From an uncultured Pseudomonadales bacterium (GTDB taxonomy: Bacteria > Patescibacteriota > Microgenomatia > UBA1400 > MFAQ01), in assembly GCA_964513845.1 (NCBI GenBank), contig CAZENT010000001.1, positions 149,278 to 213,277 of the forward strand: 64,000 bases of DNA, read 5' to 3'. The notes below the pieces were generated by a model. That model searched no databases. It was not told the origin of the DNA and saw only the letters and a list, made by a program, of their open reading frames with translations. Every line of letters starts with the position of its first letter. Position 1 is the stretch's first letter. Below are positions 18,899-28,346 of this stretch, piece after piece. The position numbers and the translations under genes are program-made.

Positions 18899-18968
18899 TA
18901 AGAGCTTGCTCGATTTTCCATCGTAATTTCATTACTATGATGAAAAACCTTGCGCTTCCTCTTATATT
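18899..18968. repeat. 70-bp two-arm element, copy A
   Basis: TAAGAGCTTGCTC-N39-TGCGCTTCCTCTTATATT; same arms and spacing at 32258-32327. Confidence 0.75.
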
Positions 18969-19021
18969 TGACACCCATAATAGCCTATGGCATTATGGTC
19001 GTATATTATTTAGGACAGAAT

Positions 19022-19384
19022 ATGCAACTTTCAAACAATCCACTCAACAAGACAATCGAGAAACAGCTTTCGGAAATGATGTATGGAATTTTGGCTGAAC
19101 TTAAAACTCCTGAAGAAGTAAAAATGGTAATGGGTGATATTCTTACCGAAGGAGAACGAGTGGCAATATTGAAACGCTTGGGAATTGCGGTGTATCTGGA
19201 CAAAGGAAGAAACTACGAAGATATAAAAAATAATATTAAGGTAAGTTCGGCGACCATCGCTTCGGTGGCAGAAAACTTGGGCAACTCCGGTTGGCAAGAA
19301 ATGATAAAAAGAATAAAGGCAGAAGAGTGGGCAAGTGAGTGGACCAACAAAATTTCTGGAGGTATAAAAAAGATTTTTGGATAG
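19022..19384 (+). CDS. TrpR-like YerC/YecD DNA-binding protein
   Basis: 'DILTEGERVAILKRL.IA', 'Y.DIK...KVSSATIA'; start probably ATG 19022. Confidence 0.8.
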   Translation: MQLSNNPLNKTIEKQLSEMMYGILAELKTPEEVKMVMGDILTEGERVAILKRLGIAVYLDKGRNYEDIKNNIKVSSATIASVAENLGNSGWQEMIKRIKAEEWASEWTNKISGGIKKIFG

Positions 19385-19398
19385 GGTAAAATCAACCC

Positions 19399-20811
19399 AT
19401 GGGAAAGTATTACATCACAACAACATTGCCGTACATTAATGCGGAACCCCACATCGGGTTCGCCATGGAAATAGTTCGCGCTGACGTAATGGCTCGCTTG
19501 CATAGGGCTATGGGAGATGATGTTTTCTTTAATACCGGCACTGATGAACATGGTCAGAAAATTTATCAGAAGGCAATAGAGCTCGGAATTGATCCACAAA
19601 AATATTGTGATGAATTTGCTGCAAAATTTTCAATATTGAAAGATGCCTTTAATTTGTCCTACAACAGTTTTATTCGCACTACAGATGAGCATCACATTAA
19701 AGCGGCGCAGGCGTTTTGGAAACTGTGTGACGAACATGGCGATATATATAAAAAGAACTACAAAATAAAATATTGTGTTGGATGCGAATTGGAAAAAACT
19801 GATTCTGACTTGACTGATGGCAAGTGTCCGATTCACCCGAATTTGGAACTGGAAATCCGCGAGGAAGAAAATTATTTTTTCAAGTTTTCAAACTACGCCG
19901 ATAAATTGCTTGAACTATATAAAAATCAACCCGATTTTGTGCAACCCGATTTCCGCCAAAATGAAATGAAAGTTTTTGTGGATAATGGTTTACAAGACTT
20001 TAGTATTTCGCGTTTGAAAACAAAAATGCCTTGGGGAGTTGAAGTTCCTGGTGACCCTGATCAGGTAATGTTCGTCTGGTTCGATGCTCTTGTAAACTAC
20101 ATTTCTTGTCTGGGTTGGCCCGAAAATAAAGCCAGGTTTGAAGAGTATTGGCCTGGAGTGCAAATTTGCGGAAAAGATAATCTTCGTCAGCAAACAGCGA
20201 TGTGGCAAGCAATGTTGATGTCAGCCGGACTACCTACCTCAAAACAAGTCTTGGTTGAGGGTTTTATCACTTCCGGGGGAGCAAAAATGAGTAAAAGTTT
20301 GGGGAACGTAATCGATCCTCTCGAGTATGTAGAAAAATACGGAACTGATGCGGTGCGCTATTTCTTAACAGCGGAGCTGTCTGTCTTTGAAGACTCAGAT
20401 ATGACACGTGAGAGATTTGAAGAAGCATTTCAAGCGAGTTTGGCGAATGGAATTGGCAACTTGTGTGCCCGTGTGGCGGCCATGTCGGAAAAAGAAAATC
20501 TTAAAGTAGCTTCCGAAAAATTAAGCATCAGAAAAGAAGTGGTGGAGAAACTTTCAGAATATAAATTTGATGAAGCGATGGCCTTGATTTGGGAAGAAAT
20601 CAGAAAAGCTGATGCTTTAATTAATCAAAGGCAGGTATGGAAGCTTGAGGGAGACGAAAAAAATACTTCCTTGACTGAATTGGTAAAAATGATTCGACAA
20701 GTTGGAACCGATTTGGTTCCTTTTATGCCCACGGCGGCGGAAAAGATTTTGACTCAGTATGGTGTGGAGGAAATTAAAAAAACAGAAAACCTGTTCCAAA
20801 GACTTCCATAA
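19399..20811 (+). CDS. metG: Methionyl-tRNA synthetase (short form)
   Basis: 'YINAEPHIG', 'GTDEHGQK', 'VWFDAL.NY', 'KMSKS'. Confidence 0.96.
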   Translation: MGKYYITTTLPYINAEPHIGFAMEIVRADVMARLHRAMGDDVFFNTGTDEHGQKIYQKAIELGIDPQKYCDEFAAKFSILKDAFNLSYNSFIRTTDEHHIKAAQAFWKLCDEHGDIYKKNYKIKYCVGCELEKTDSDLTDGKCPIHPNLELEIREEENYFFKFSNYADKLLELYKNQPDFVQPDFRQNEMKVFVDNGLQDFSISRLKTKMPWGVEVPGDPDQVMFVWFDALVNYISCLGWPENKARFEEYWPGVQICGKDNLRQQTAMWQAMLMSAGLPTSKQVLVEGFITSGGAKMSKSLGNVIDPLEYVEKYGTDAVRYFLTAELSVFEDSDMTRERFEEAFQASLANGIGNLCARVAAMSEKENLKVASEKLSIRKEVVEKLSEYKFDEAMALIWEEIRKADALINQRQVWKLEGDEKNTSLTELVKMIRQVGTDLVPFMPTAAEKILTQYGVEEIKKTENLFQRLP

Positions 20812-21591
20812 ATGTTAATTGATACGCACTGTCATCTGACAGACCCGAAAATTACAGACATTAAAGATGTGATTGTGAAGTCTCGTGAAGCTGGTGTGAA
20901 GCAAATGTTTTTACAACCGACTGATATTGAGGAATCAAAAAGAGTAATTGTCGTGGCTGAACAAGAGAGTTTATACGCCATGGTAGGAGTGCAACCCGAG
21001 TTTTTGGATACTGTGATAGATATTGATCAAATGATTTACGAGATGGAAGAAATGATAGGAAAATCAAAAAGGGTGATTGGGATAGGAGAGATTGGTTTGG
21101 ATTTTTATTGGGATAGAGAGAAAACAACAAAAGAGAAACAAATGAAGGTGTTTAGGGCACAGATGGAGCTGGCGGTTCATTTGAAGCTACCGGTTGTTAT
21201 TCATATGAGAAATGCAGAAGAAGAAATGAAGGAGGTGATCAACTCGATGAAGAAAGTGCCTATGGGTGAGTTTCATTGCTTTGGAGGTAGTGAGGAATTT
21301 TTAAAATACGCTCTTGAAAAGGGATTTTACATTGGCTTCGCAGGGAACATTACTTTTAAATCCGCTCACGAACTTAGAGCTCTACTGAAAAAAGTGCCTC
21401 TAAACAGACTTCTATTGGAGACAGATAGCCCGTATTTATCCCCTGAACCTGTTCGAGGAACAGTAAATATTCCTGCGAATGTTAAAATAATAGCTACAGC
21501 GATTGCAAAAGAGCTGAGTTTAGATACCCAAAAATTAATTGAACAAACCGGAAAAAACGCCATATGTTTGTACTCCTTAGACATCTCTTAA
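20812..21591 (+). CDS. tatD: TatD-family hydrolase
   Basis: 'IDTHCHL', 'IGEIGLD', 'IHMR', 'HCF', 'ETDSPY'. Confidence 0.93.
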   Translation: MLIDTHCHLTDPKITDIKDVIVKSREAGVKQMFLQPTDIEESKRVIVVAEQESLYAMVGVQPEFLDTVIDIDQMIYEMEEMIGKSKRVIGIGEIGLDFYWDREKTTKEKQMKVFRAQMELAVHLKLPVVIHMRNAEEEMKEVINSMKKVPMGEFHCFGGSEEFLKYALEKGFYIGFAGNITFKSAHELRALLKKVPLNRLLLETDSPYLSPEPVRGTVNIPANVKIIATAIAKELSLDTQKLIEQTGKNAICLYSLDIS

Positions 21592-23069
21592 AAAAATATC
21601 CTCATGGTAGTCAAAGAGCCTTAGAAATATTACCCGGATTTGTAAGCTGGATGTTTATCCTTTTTCCTGTATGGGGATCGATTTTTTGGCCTGTGGGAGT
21701 GGCCTATTTCATCATTTCTTTTAATGTTTATTGGCTTTATCGATCTCTTACCCTGTCGGTTGCTTCAGTAATGTCTTATTTCCGAATAAAAGCGGCGGAA
21801 AAATATGACTGGATGGGTGACGTTGAGGGTTTTGCTGATTGGAAAGATGTAAAACACGTAATCGTAATGCCTACATACAAAGAACCAGGCGATATCTTAA
21901 TGAGAACCTTCAAGGCTCTTGAGAATCAAACAATTGGACCAAAACAAATTATCCCAGTCCTTGCAATGGAAGCAAGAGCAGGAGAGGAAATAAATAATAG
22001 TAGAGTAAAACAACTGGAGGAAGAGTTTAAAGAAAAGTTTGCAGATATCATCTACACATATCACCCGGCCAATCTCACTGGTGAGGTAGTAGGAAAATCG
22101 AGTAATGCCGCTTGGGCGGGATTGCAGATTCGGGAGGCCTTAAAAAAACACAAGGATTGGGATATCGAAAAGATGACTATTTCTTCGGTTGACTGTGACG
22201 TAGCACTCCATCCAAATCATTTGGCTGCTCTAACATATAATTTTTTGGACGACCCAAATCGATATCACAAAATCTGGCAGGGGGCGATTGTTTTTTACAA
22301 CAACATCGAGCGTATTCCATGGCCAATGAGAGTGTTTAACAGAATTGCATCCGTGAACAACATGGCCCAACTTTCCCGACCGGATCGATTAATAAACTTT
22401 TCGACATACTCGATGAGCTTACGATTAATGGATGAAATTGATTACTGGGACACTGATGTGATTCCTGAGGATTACCGCATATTTTTTAAAACATATTTTG
22501 CGACTGGTGGAAAGGTTGAAGTGGAGCCTTTATACGTTTCAGTGTATGCGGATGCAGCAGAAGCTGATGGTTTCTGGAGAACATATACAAATACGTACGA
22601 ACAGGTTAAACGATGGGCTTGGGGGGCTTCGGATGATTCGTATATCATCAAACGTTATATTATGGACACAAAGGCGCCTTTTTGGGACAAAACAATTCGT
22701 GTTTTTAAAGTAATTGAGGATCATTTTATGTGGCCGGTAAACTGGTTTATTATCACGGTGGCCGCAAATCTTCCCCCTCTTTTGAACCCCACATTTTCCA
22801 GAACGGTGATTGGAAAAACATTACCTCAAGTCTCCTCGGCCATCTTAACCCTGTCTTTGATCAGCTTGGTGGCGATGATTTTGATCGACCTTAAAGCTAG
22901 GCCAAAAGTAAAAGGTCTGCCATGGTGGAGAAAATTTGTTTCACCTTTTGAGTTTGTGCTATTACCAGTCGTGGGTTTCTTTTTCTCTGCCCTGCCTGGA
23001 CTAGATGCTCATACCCGGCTAATGATGGGAAGATATATGGAGTACCGCGTTACTGAAAAAAAGGCCTAG
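21564..23069 (+). CDS. Membrane-bound glycosyltransferase family 2
   Basis: 'PTYKEP', 'GKSSN', 'DCD', 'IPED', 'QVKRWAWG' (QxxRW), TM helices. Confidence 0.85.
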   Translation: MFVLLRHLLKKYPHGSQRALEILPGFVSWMFILFPVWGSIFWPVGVAYFIISFNVYWLYRSLTLSVASVMSYFRIKAAEKYDWMGDVEGFADWKDVKHVIVMPTYKEPGDILMRTFKALENQTIGPKQIIPVLAMEARAGEEINNSRVKQLEEEFKEKFADIIYTYHPANLTGEVVGKSSNAAWAGLQIREALKKHKDWDIEKMTISSVDCDVALHPNHLAALTYNFLDDPNRYHKIWQGAIVFYNNIERIPWPMRVFNRIASVNNMAQLSRPDRLINFSTYSMSLRLMDEIDYWDTDVIPEDYRIFFKTYFATGGKVEVEPLYVSVYADAAEADGFWRTYTNTYEQVKRWAWGASDDSYIIKRYIMDTKAPFWDKTIRVFKVIEDHFMWPVNWFIITVAANLPPLLNPTFSRTVIGKTLPQVSSAILTLSLISLVAMILIDLKARPKVKGLPWWRKFVSPFEFVLLPVVGFFFSALPGLDAHTRLMMGRYMEYRVTEKKA

Positions 23070-23097
23070 ATATACTTGCCTGATATATACTCAAGTT

Positions 23098-23445
23098 GTG
23101 GCAGAAAGTAAAAAAATACCAACATCCGTAGTACTTTTTTGGACAGGAATATTTCTGGTTGTAATTATGGGAGGAGTATTAGCCCTGTTTTGGAATAAGC
23201 TGCCACCCCAACTACCCTGGTTGTATTCGTTTCCGTTTGGCGAAAAACAGCTGATAGACAAGATCTGGTTTGCGGCAATTTTTGCCGGAACAGGAATTGC
23301 TCTTGTGACAACTAGGGTAATAGCTAACTGGGCAGGCAAGGATGACGTGACGGTGCAAAACACAGTAATGATTGGGGTGATGACGGCCGTTGTCTTGATG
23401 GCGGCAAGCTTTTTCCGAATTATGACAATATTCCTCAACGTATGA
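23098..23445 (+). CDS. Hypothetical membrane protein (DUF1648-like)
   Basis: 'LPPQLPWLYS.PFGE'; 3 TM; stop overlaps next start (ATGA). Confidence 0.65.
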   Translation: MAESKKIPTSVVLFWTGIFLVVIMGGVLALFWNKLPPQLPWLYSFPFGEKQLIDKIWFAAIFAGTGIALVTTRVIANWAGKDDVTVQNTVMIGVMTAVVLMAASFFRIMTIFLNV

Positions 23446-24515
23446 ACCCAGCTGTAATGATCACAGCGGTTCCTTTTTTAATCGCCCTTGTGATTAGCTT
23501 GATGGTGACTCCTTTAACGATTTTGTTTTTCAAAAAAAGGGGCTGGATGATCGATCCAAAGAAAAATCCACATCCGGCGCATATTCACAAAGAACCGGTG
23601 CCAAAGGGAGGTGGAATTCCCATCTATTTCGCAGTACTAGTGACGGTAATGCTGCTTTTGAAACCTGACAATCACCTAACCGCGATTGGGGTGGCCGGAC
23701 TTTTGACCTTGATTGTGGGTCTGATTGATGACGTTAAAGGTATGAGCCCATTTCCGCGATTGGGAATGAATTTTTTGGTGACGGCGATAATTGTGGGATC
23801 AGGAATTGGTATTGCCTATATCAGCAATCCTTTTGGTGGGGTAATTGATTTGTCGAAACTCAAACTGGGATTTGACTTTTTTGGAGCACATCATGAAATT
23901 TGGATACTGGCGGATTTATTTGCTTTGCTCTGGATTCCGTCTCTGATGAACGCGATAAACTGGTCTTCGGGAGTTGATGGGCAAATTAGCGGAGTAATTA
24001 CGATTGCCGCCGCGGTATTGGGCTTGATTTCTTTGAACTTTAGCGCGGATATTACTCAATGGCCTGTGGCAACTCTGGCTTTTGCAACGGCGGGCGCTTT
24101 TGCGGGATTAACGGTGTTTCACTTTTACCCACAGAAAATTATGCCCGGATACTCGGCAACAAGTTTGGCTGGATTGCTTTTGGGTGTAATTTCTATTTTA
24201 GCCACGGCGAAGGTGGGCGCTTTGATTATCGTTTTAGGAATTCCCCTGATAGACTTTGTGTATCTTGTGATAAAGCGAATAATGTCCGGAAAATCACCCG
24301 TATGGGGAGATAAGAGCCATTTACATCATAAATTGTTGGATCTGGGCTGGGGAAAGAGGAGAGTGGCCTTGTTTTATTGGTTTGCCGCATTGGTGTTGGG
24401 AGTTGCGGCTTTGAGCTTCGAAGCTAGAACGAAGCTCTTAATCATGATAGGATTGGTAATATTAATGACAGTATTTATCTTATGGCAGTACTCATCGCAC
24501 TATTCAAAACAGTAA
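23442..24515 (+). CDS. MraY/WecA/TagO-family polyprenyl-phosphate HexNAc-1-phosphate transferase
   Basis: 'HKEPVPKGGG', 'GLIDD', 'NAINWSSGVDG', 'HLHHKL'. Confidence 0.88.
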   Translation: MNPAVMITAVPFLIALVISLMVTPLTILFFKKRGWMIDPKKNPHPAHIHKEPVPKGGGIPIYFAVLVTVMLLLKPDNHLTAIGVAGLLTLIVGLIDDVKGMSPFPRLGMNFLVTAIIVGSGIGIAYISNPFGGVIDLSKLKLGFDFFGAHHEIWILADLFALLWIPSLMNAINWSSGVDGQISGVITIAAAVLGLISLNFSADITQWPVATLAFATAGAFAGLTVFHFYPQKIMPGYSATSLAGLLLGVISILATAKVGALIIVLGIPLIDFVYLVIKRIMSGKSPVWGDKSHLHHKLLDLGWGKRRVALFYWFAALVLGVAALSFEARTKLLIMIGLVILMTVFILWQYSSHYSKQ

Positions 24516-25414
24516 GACCTAGACAGTGGTTGAAAAACTTTGCTTTGTATGGAGCTTTAATTTTTACTGGTCTTTTGTATCAAAAAGGTGCATTTGGATT
24601 GGTGACACAGGCCTTTTTTGTATTTACAATTCTTTCTAGTGCCACGTACATTTTTAACGATCTGCTGGATATAAAAACAGACAGATTACACCCTTTCAAA
24701 AAAAATAGACCAATTGCCTCGGGAGCCCTTCCGATTCCGGTGGCATTATTTGCCCTTGTTGTAGGAGTGTTTGTTGGCTTGTCTTGGGCGTATACCTTAA
24801 ATTTATACTTCTTCATAAGCTGTTTGGTTTACCTCTTTATTCAAGTGCTTTATACAGGCTATTTAAAGAAGGTGGCCATTGTAGACGTAATTGTGATTGC
24901 TTTGGGGTATTTGATTCGTGTATACGCCGGGGCTTTTGTTATTTCTGCCCACATGGATGTGTGGTTCTTGCTAACGATCATTTCGGCTTCATTATTCCTA
25001 GCTGTGGGAAAACGAAGAGGGGAAATGACAATGATGATGGCTCAGGGTAATGGAGCTTCAACGAGAGAAGCGCTAAAAAGCTACACTGAAAAACTGCTGG
25101 ATATATATACAGCCATGTTTGCAACAGCAACCTGGATTACGTATTCTTTGTTCACCTTCAATCATCCAAAAATCGTGCCAGATGGTAGAGCCCTGTCTTT
25201 AATCTCGATCTTGCCAAAAACTTTGATATCGGAAAAGTGGATGATGCTGACCATCCCGTTGGTTGTATACGGAATTATGCGATACCTCCAGCTGATTTAT
25301 GAAAAGAATGAAGGAGAAAGTCCTGAGCGTGTTTTGCTTTCAGACAAACCGCTAATACTTACGGGAGGATTGTTAGTGGTGACAACTATCGGAGTCTTGT
25401 ACTATATTGGCTAA
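24482..25414 (+). CDS. UbiA-family decaprenyl-phosphate phosphoribosyltransferase-like protein
   Basis: 'RPRQWLKN', 'YIFNDLLD...DRLHPFKKNRPIASG', 'KRRGE'. Confidence 0.88.
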   Translation: MAVLIALFKTVRPRQWLKNFALYGALIFTGLLYQKGAFGLVTQAFFVFTILSSATYIFNDLLDIKTDRLHPFKKNRPIASGALPIPVALFALVVGVFVGLSWAYTLNLYFFISCLVYLFIQVLYTGYLKKVAIVDVIVIALGYLIRVYAGAFVISAHMDVWFLLTIISASLFLAVGKRRGEMTMMMAQGNGASTREALKSYTEKLLDIYTAMFATATWITYSLFTFNHPKIVPDGRALSLISILPKTLISEKWMMLTIPLVVYGIMRYLQLIYEKNEGESPERVLLSDKPLILTGGLLVVTTIGVLYYIG

Positions 25415-25416
25415 CT

Positions 25417-26310
25417 TTATTTAATCAGCTTGGCGTAGGTGGAAGAAACGAAGCCCCATTTGCCACTTAGATACTCGATATAGTACCAGCTGGCGGTAGA
25501 GTCTTCAGCTTTGTAGTTGAACTTGTCCCCAGGATTAACCTGAGCCAGCTCGACACCTGTAGTTGAGGCTGCGTCCCTGACTCTTAAAAATCCTGTAGGG
25601 GTGGTAAGAATCTCAATGTAGGGCTTTACCAGGTCAGCAGAGGCGGTTGCTTGTTTGGGAAGCGGAGTAATGACTGTTTTGGTGGGTGTAGGCGTAATTA
25701 GGCCGGCTGAAGGGGTGGCAGAAGCAATTGTTGGGGTGGGGGTGGGAGTAATATCAAGAGCGGCCATGGTGAAGTTCAAAATTAGTCGATATCCAGGCTG
25801 AACTGAGGCGTTGACGATTTTATCTTGGAAACCCGGGTTAGTGAAGGTAAAGACATGAGGGCCGGATTCGATATCGATGCTCTTGGGTGAGAAACCTTCA
25901 GGCTTGCCATCAACACTAATCGTGGCGCTGGCCGGAAGACTGACTATACTCACAGCGGCAGCCTTGTTATTACTTAGTTTTTCAAAAGACAGAGTGTAAC
26001 TGTGAGATTTGTCTGGGGTTTCGCCGAATTCGCGATGAACCGTGGTGAGAGTGCCTCCCAAGAGGTCAACCTTGCCCTCCCACGTCTGGCCGCTATCAAC
26101 TGCGGTCATTTGTACGGTGTAGGTGCCTGGTTTTTTGTTGTCTGCATAGTAAGGAGTTTTGCCAACAGACTCACCGTTGACGATAACATTGGCATCGGGA
26201 TGAGCAGTGACTTGAATGCCGGCTTTTTTGGCGAAGGGATTGAGATTACATCCGGCGAGAAAAATTGAAAAGATAAGAGTGGCTAGGAGCCTAGTATAGT
26301 TAGTCTTCAT
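25417..26310 (-). CDS. Lipoprotein with two PEGA domains, Thr/Pro linker and C-terminal bacterial SH3 domain
   Basis: Lipobox LAGC; 'P.A.V.VNG..VGKTP' repeats; 'LRVR', 'WY.I....KWGFVSS.Y'. Confidence 0.8.
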   Translation of the reverse strand: MKTNYTRLLATLIFSIFLAGCNLNPFAKKAGIQVTAHPDANVIVNGESVGKTPYYADNKKPGTYTVQMTAVDSGQTWEGKVDLLGGTLTTVHREFGETPDKSHSYTLSFEKLSNNKAAAVSIVSLPASATISVDGKPEGFSPKSIDIESGPHVFTFTNPGFQDKIVNASVQPGYRLILNFTMAALDITPTPTPTIASATPSAGLITPTPTKTVITPLPKQATASADLVKPYIEILTTPTGFLRVRDAASTTGVELAQVNPGDKFNYKAEDSTASWYYIEYLSGKWGFVSSTYAKLIK

Positions 26311-26391
26311 TTGTGTCTATGATAGCAGATTGTGTCAAGTTGGCGAACAACTACAAATTTTTTATCACTAGGGTAAAAATATGTTTAAGTG

Positions 26392-26465
26392 AGGCCGAGG
26401 CGGGATTCGAACCCGCGAATGAGAGTTTTGCAGACTCTTGACTTGGACCACTTGTCTACCCGGCC
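26392..26465 (-). tRNA. tRNA-Cys (GCA), CCA not encoded
   Basis: Cloverleaf GGCCGGG...CTCGGCC, anticodon loop CT-GCA-AA, T-loop GTTCGAAT, discriminator U. Confidence 0.95.
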
Positions 26466-26620
26466 ACCTCAGGCACTATTTTATCATTTTTGAATTACAT
26501 TATTGCATTATATTGACTTTTGGGTTTTGTTTGGTAATAATAAATTGTGGAGCGAGACAAAAGAGGTGGATATAACAGAAAAAAATAAACGAGGACTTCT
26601 TCAAAAAATGGTCGCCAAAA

Positions 26621-27265
26621 ATGGCATATGTATTGGGATTTATTTATGCCGATGGAGCGGTTGAAGACTGTAGATCGTCTTCGAGAACGTGTTATTTGTT
26701 GTTATCAAATAACGACATTAAAATTCTTAAAGAAATGCTGTCTGTTATGTCTACCGAACAGACTATCCATAGAGTAGACCCTCGAACGATAAAAATACGA
26801 GATAAGGAATATTGGTGTAAGACATCGTACTATGTCAGGATTGGAAACAAAATAATCTACGATGATCTGATTAAATTAGGTCTGTGTCCTCGAAAATCCT
26901 TAGTCATCGAATTACCAGAAATACCTGATAAATATTTTGAATATTTCCTTCGAGGATATTTTGACGGAGATGGGTGTATCAACATTGAGAAAAATAAGAA
27001 GAATAGGGTGAATATTATTTTTACTAGTGGAAGCAAACTGTTTCTTGAACAATTGGCAGAAAAAATTGTTGGCGTGTACCCAAGAATTAAAAGCTCAGTC
27101 TCTTATGGATTTGGGGCATATAAATTGAGATATAACTGGAGAAATGCACTTATGATTGCAGGATATATTTATCGAGATGTGCACAATGCACCATATTTAG
27201 AATACAAATACACTAAATATTTGCATTATTTAAATTCTAGAGTTAATAGAGATTTCCTGCCTTGA
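26621..27265 (+). CDS. Free-standing double-motif LAGLIDADG homing-endonuclease-family protein; true N-terminus may begin at GTG 26547 through a frameshift
   Basis: 'YVLGFIYADG' and 'FLRGYFDGDG'; next to tRNA-Cys; overlaps gap 3' end by 23 nt. Confidence 0.85.
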   Translation: MAYVLGFIYADGAVEDCRSSSRTCYLLLSNNDIKILKEMLSVMSTEQTIHRVDPRTIKIRDKEYWCKTSYYVRIGNKIIYDDLIKLGLCPRKSLVIELPEIPDKYFEYFLRGYFDGDGCINIEKNKKNRVNIIFTSGSKLFLEQLAEKIVGVYPRIKSSVSYGFGAYKLRYNWRNALMIAGYIYRDVHNAPYLEYKYTKYLHYLNSRVNRDFLP

Positions 27266-28328
27266 TTACCTCTTCAATGAGGCGATTGGAGTAACCCCAT
27301 TCATTGTCATACCAGGCCAGAACCTTTACTAAAGTGCCATCAACGACACGGGTCATGTCGAGATCGACAATGCTCGATTCCGGACGCCCAACAATGTCAG
27401 AAGAAACTAAAGGCTCGTCGGTAACTGCTAGAATTCCGCGATATCTGGGGTCATTGGCAGCATCGATGAATATTTGATTTACCTCATCGACCGAGGTGGC
27501 GTGTCGGGTAACAAAAGTAAAATCGGTGATAGAGCCGGTGATGACCGGAACACGAAGGGAGATACCATCAAACAATCCTTGAAGCTCAGGAATTGCTTGC
27601 GTGGCGGCAATGGCAGCCCCAGTGCTGGTGGGCACGATATTTTGAGCGGCTGCACGAGCACGACGAAGATCTCTGTGTGAGTTGTCTTGAAGATTTTGAT
27701 CGTCGGTGTAGCCATGAACTGTGGTCAGCATGGCTTTAAGAATGCCAAGCTTGGAGTGAAGAATGTCGGCAACCGGAGCAACGCTATTGGTTGTACAAGA
27801 GGCGTTGCTGATGACGGAAAGCGTGCCTGTGCGATCTTTGGTGATTACATCTTGATCGTTGACTCCTAAAACAGCTGTGGGAACACCTTCTCCTTTGGCT
27901 GGGGCAGAGAGGATGACAAAACGGGCACCTCCCTGAAGATGAAGAATGGCTTTGTCTAGACTGGTAAATGCACCGGTAGACTCAATAACAGCTTCGGCAC
28001 CAAACTCAACCCAAGGAATTTTGACAGGATCGCGCTGAGCCAAAACAGGGATTTTATATGTTTTCTTGGGATGTTCAACAATGAGATAGCCAATTAGAGG
28101 TTTGGCGTCAGTAACATCTTTGGGATCTTGTGTTTCTTCTGAGGAAACGGAGTAGGGAAGAGTGCCATAGGCTGTGTCATAGCGAAGGAGGTGAGCCCAG
28201 CCGGCAACATTGAGAGAGCCAGATGTGTTGATGGCAACTAGAGTGGAGTCGTCTAAATGGCTTTGTAGCCAAACACGCATTGCTGAACGACCGATTCGGC
28301 CAAAACCATTAATCGAAAAATTAACCAT
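27243..28328 (-). CDS. gap: Glyceraldehyde-3-phosphate dehydrogenase
   Basis: 'INGFGRIGR', 'ISNASCTTN', 'WYDNEWGYS'. Confidence 0.96.
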   Translation of the reverse strand: MVNFSINGFGRIGRSAMRVWLQSHLDDSTLVAINTSGSLNVAGWAHLLRYDTAYGTLPYSVSSEETQDPKDVTDAKPLIGYLIVEHPKKTYKIPVLAQRDPVKIPWVEFGAEAVIESTGAFTSLDKAILHLQGGARFVILSAPAKGEGVPTAVLGVNDQDVITKDRTGTLSVISNASCTTNSVAPVADILHSKLGILKAMLTTVHGYTDDQNLQDNSHRDLRRARAAAQNIVPTSTGAAIAATQAIPELQGLFDGISLRVPVITGSITDFTFVTRHATSVDEVNQIFIDAANDPRYRGILAVTDEPLVSSDIVGRPESSIVDLDMTRVVDGTLVKVLAWYDNEWGYSNRLIEEVIKAGNLY

Positions 28329-28346
28329 AGGGCGGGCTATATATAA

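Noticed and set aside
18971-19010. CCATAAT...ATTATGG dyad as a dif site
   Set aside because: Arm spacing and XerD arm do not fit the dif consensus; more likely an operator overlapping the TrpR-like gene promoter
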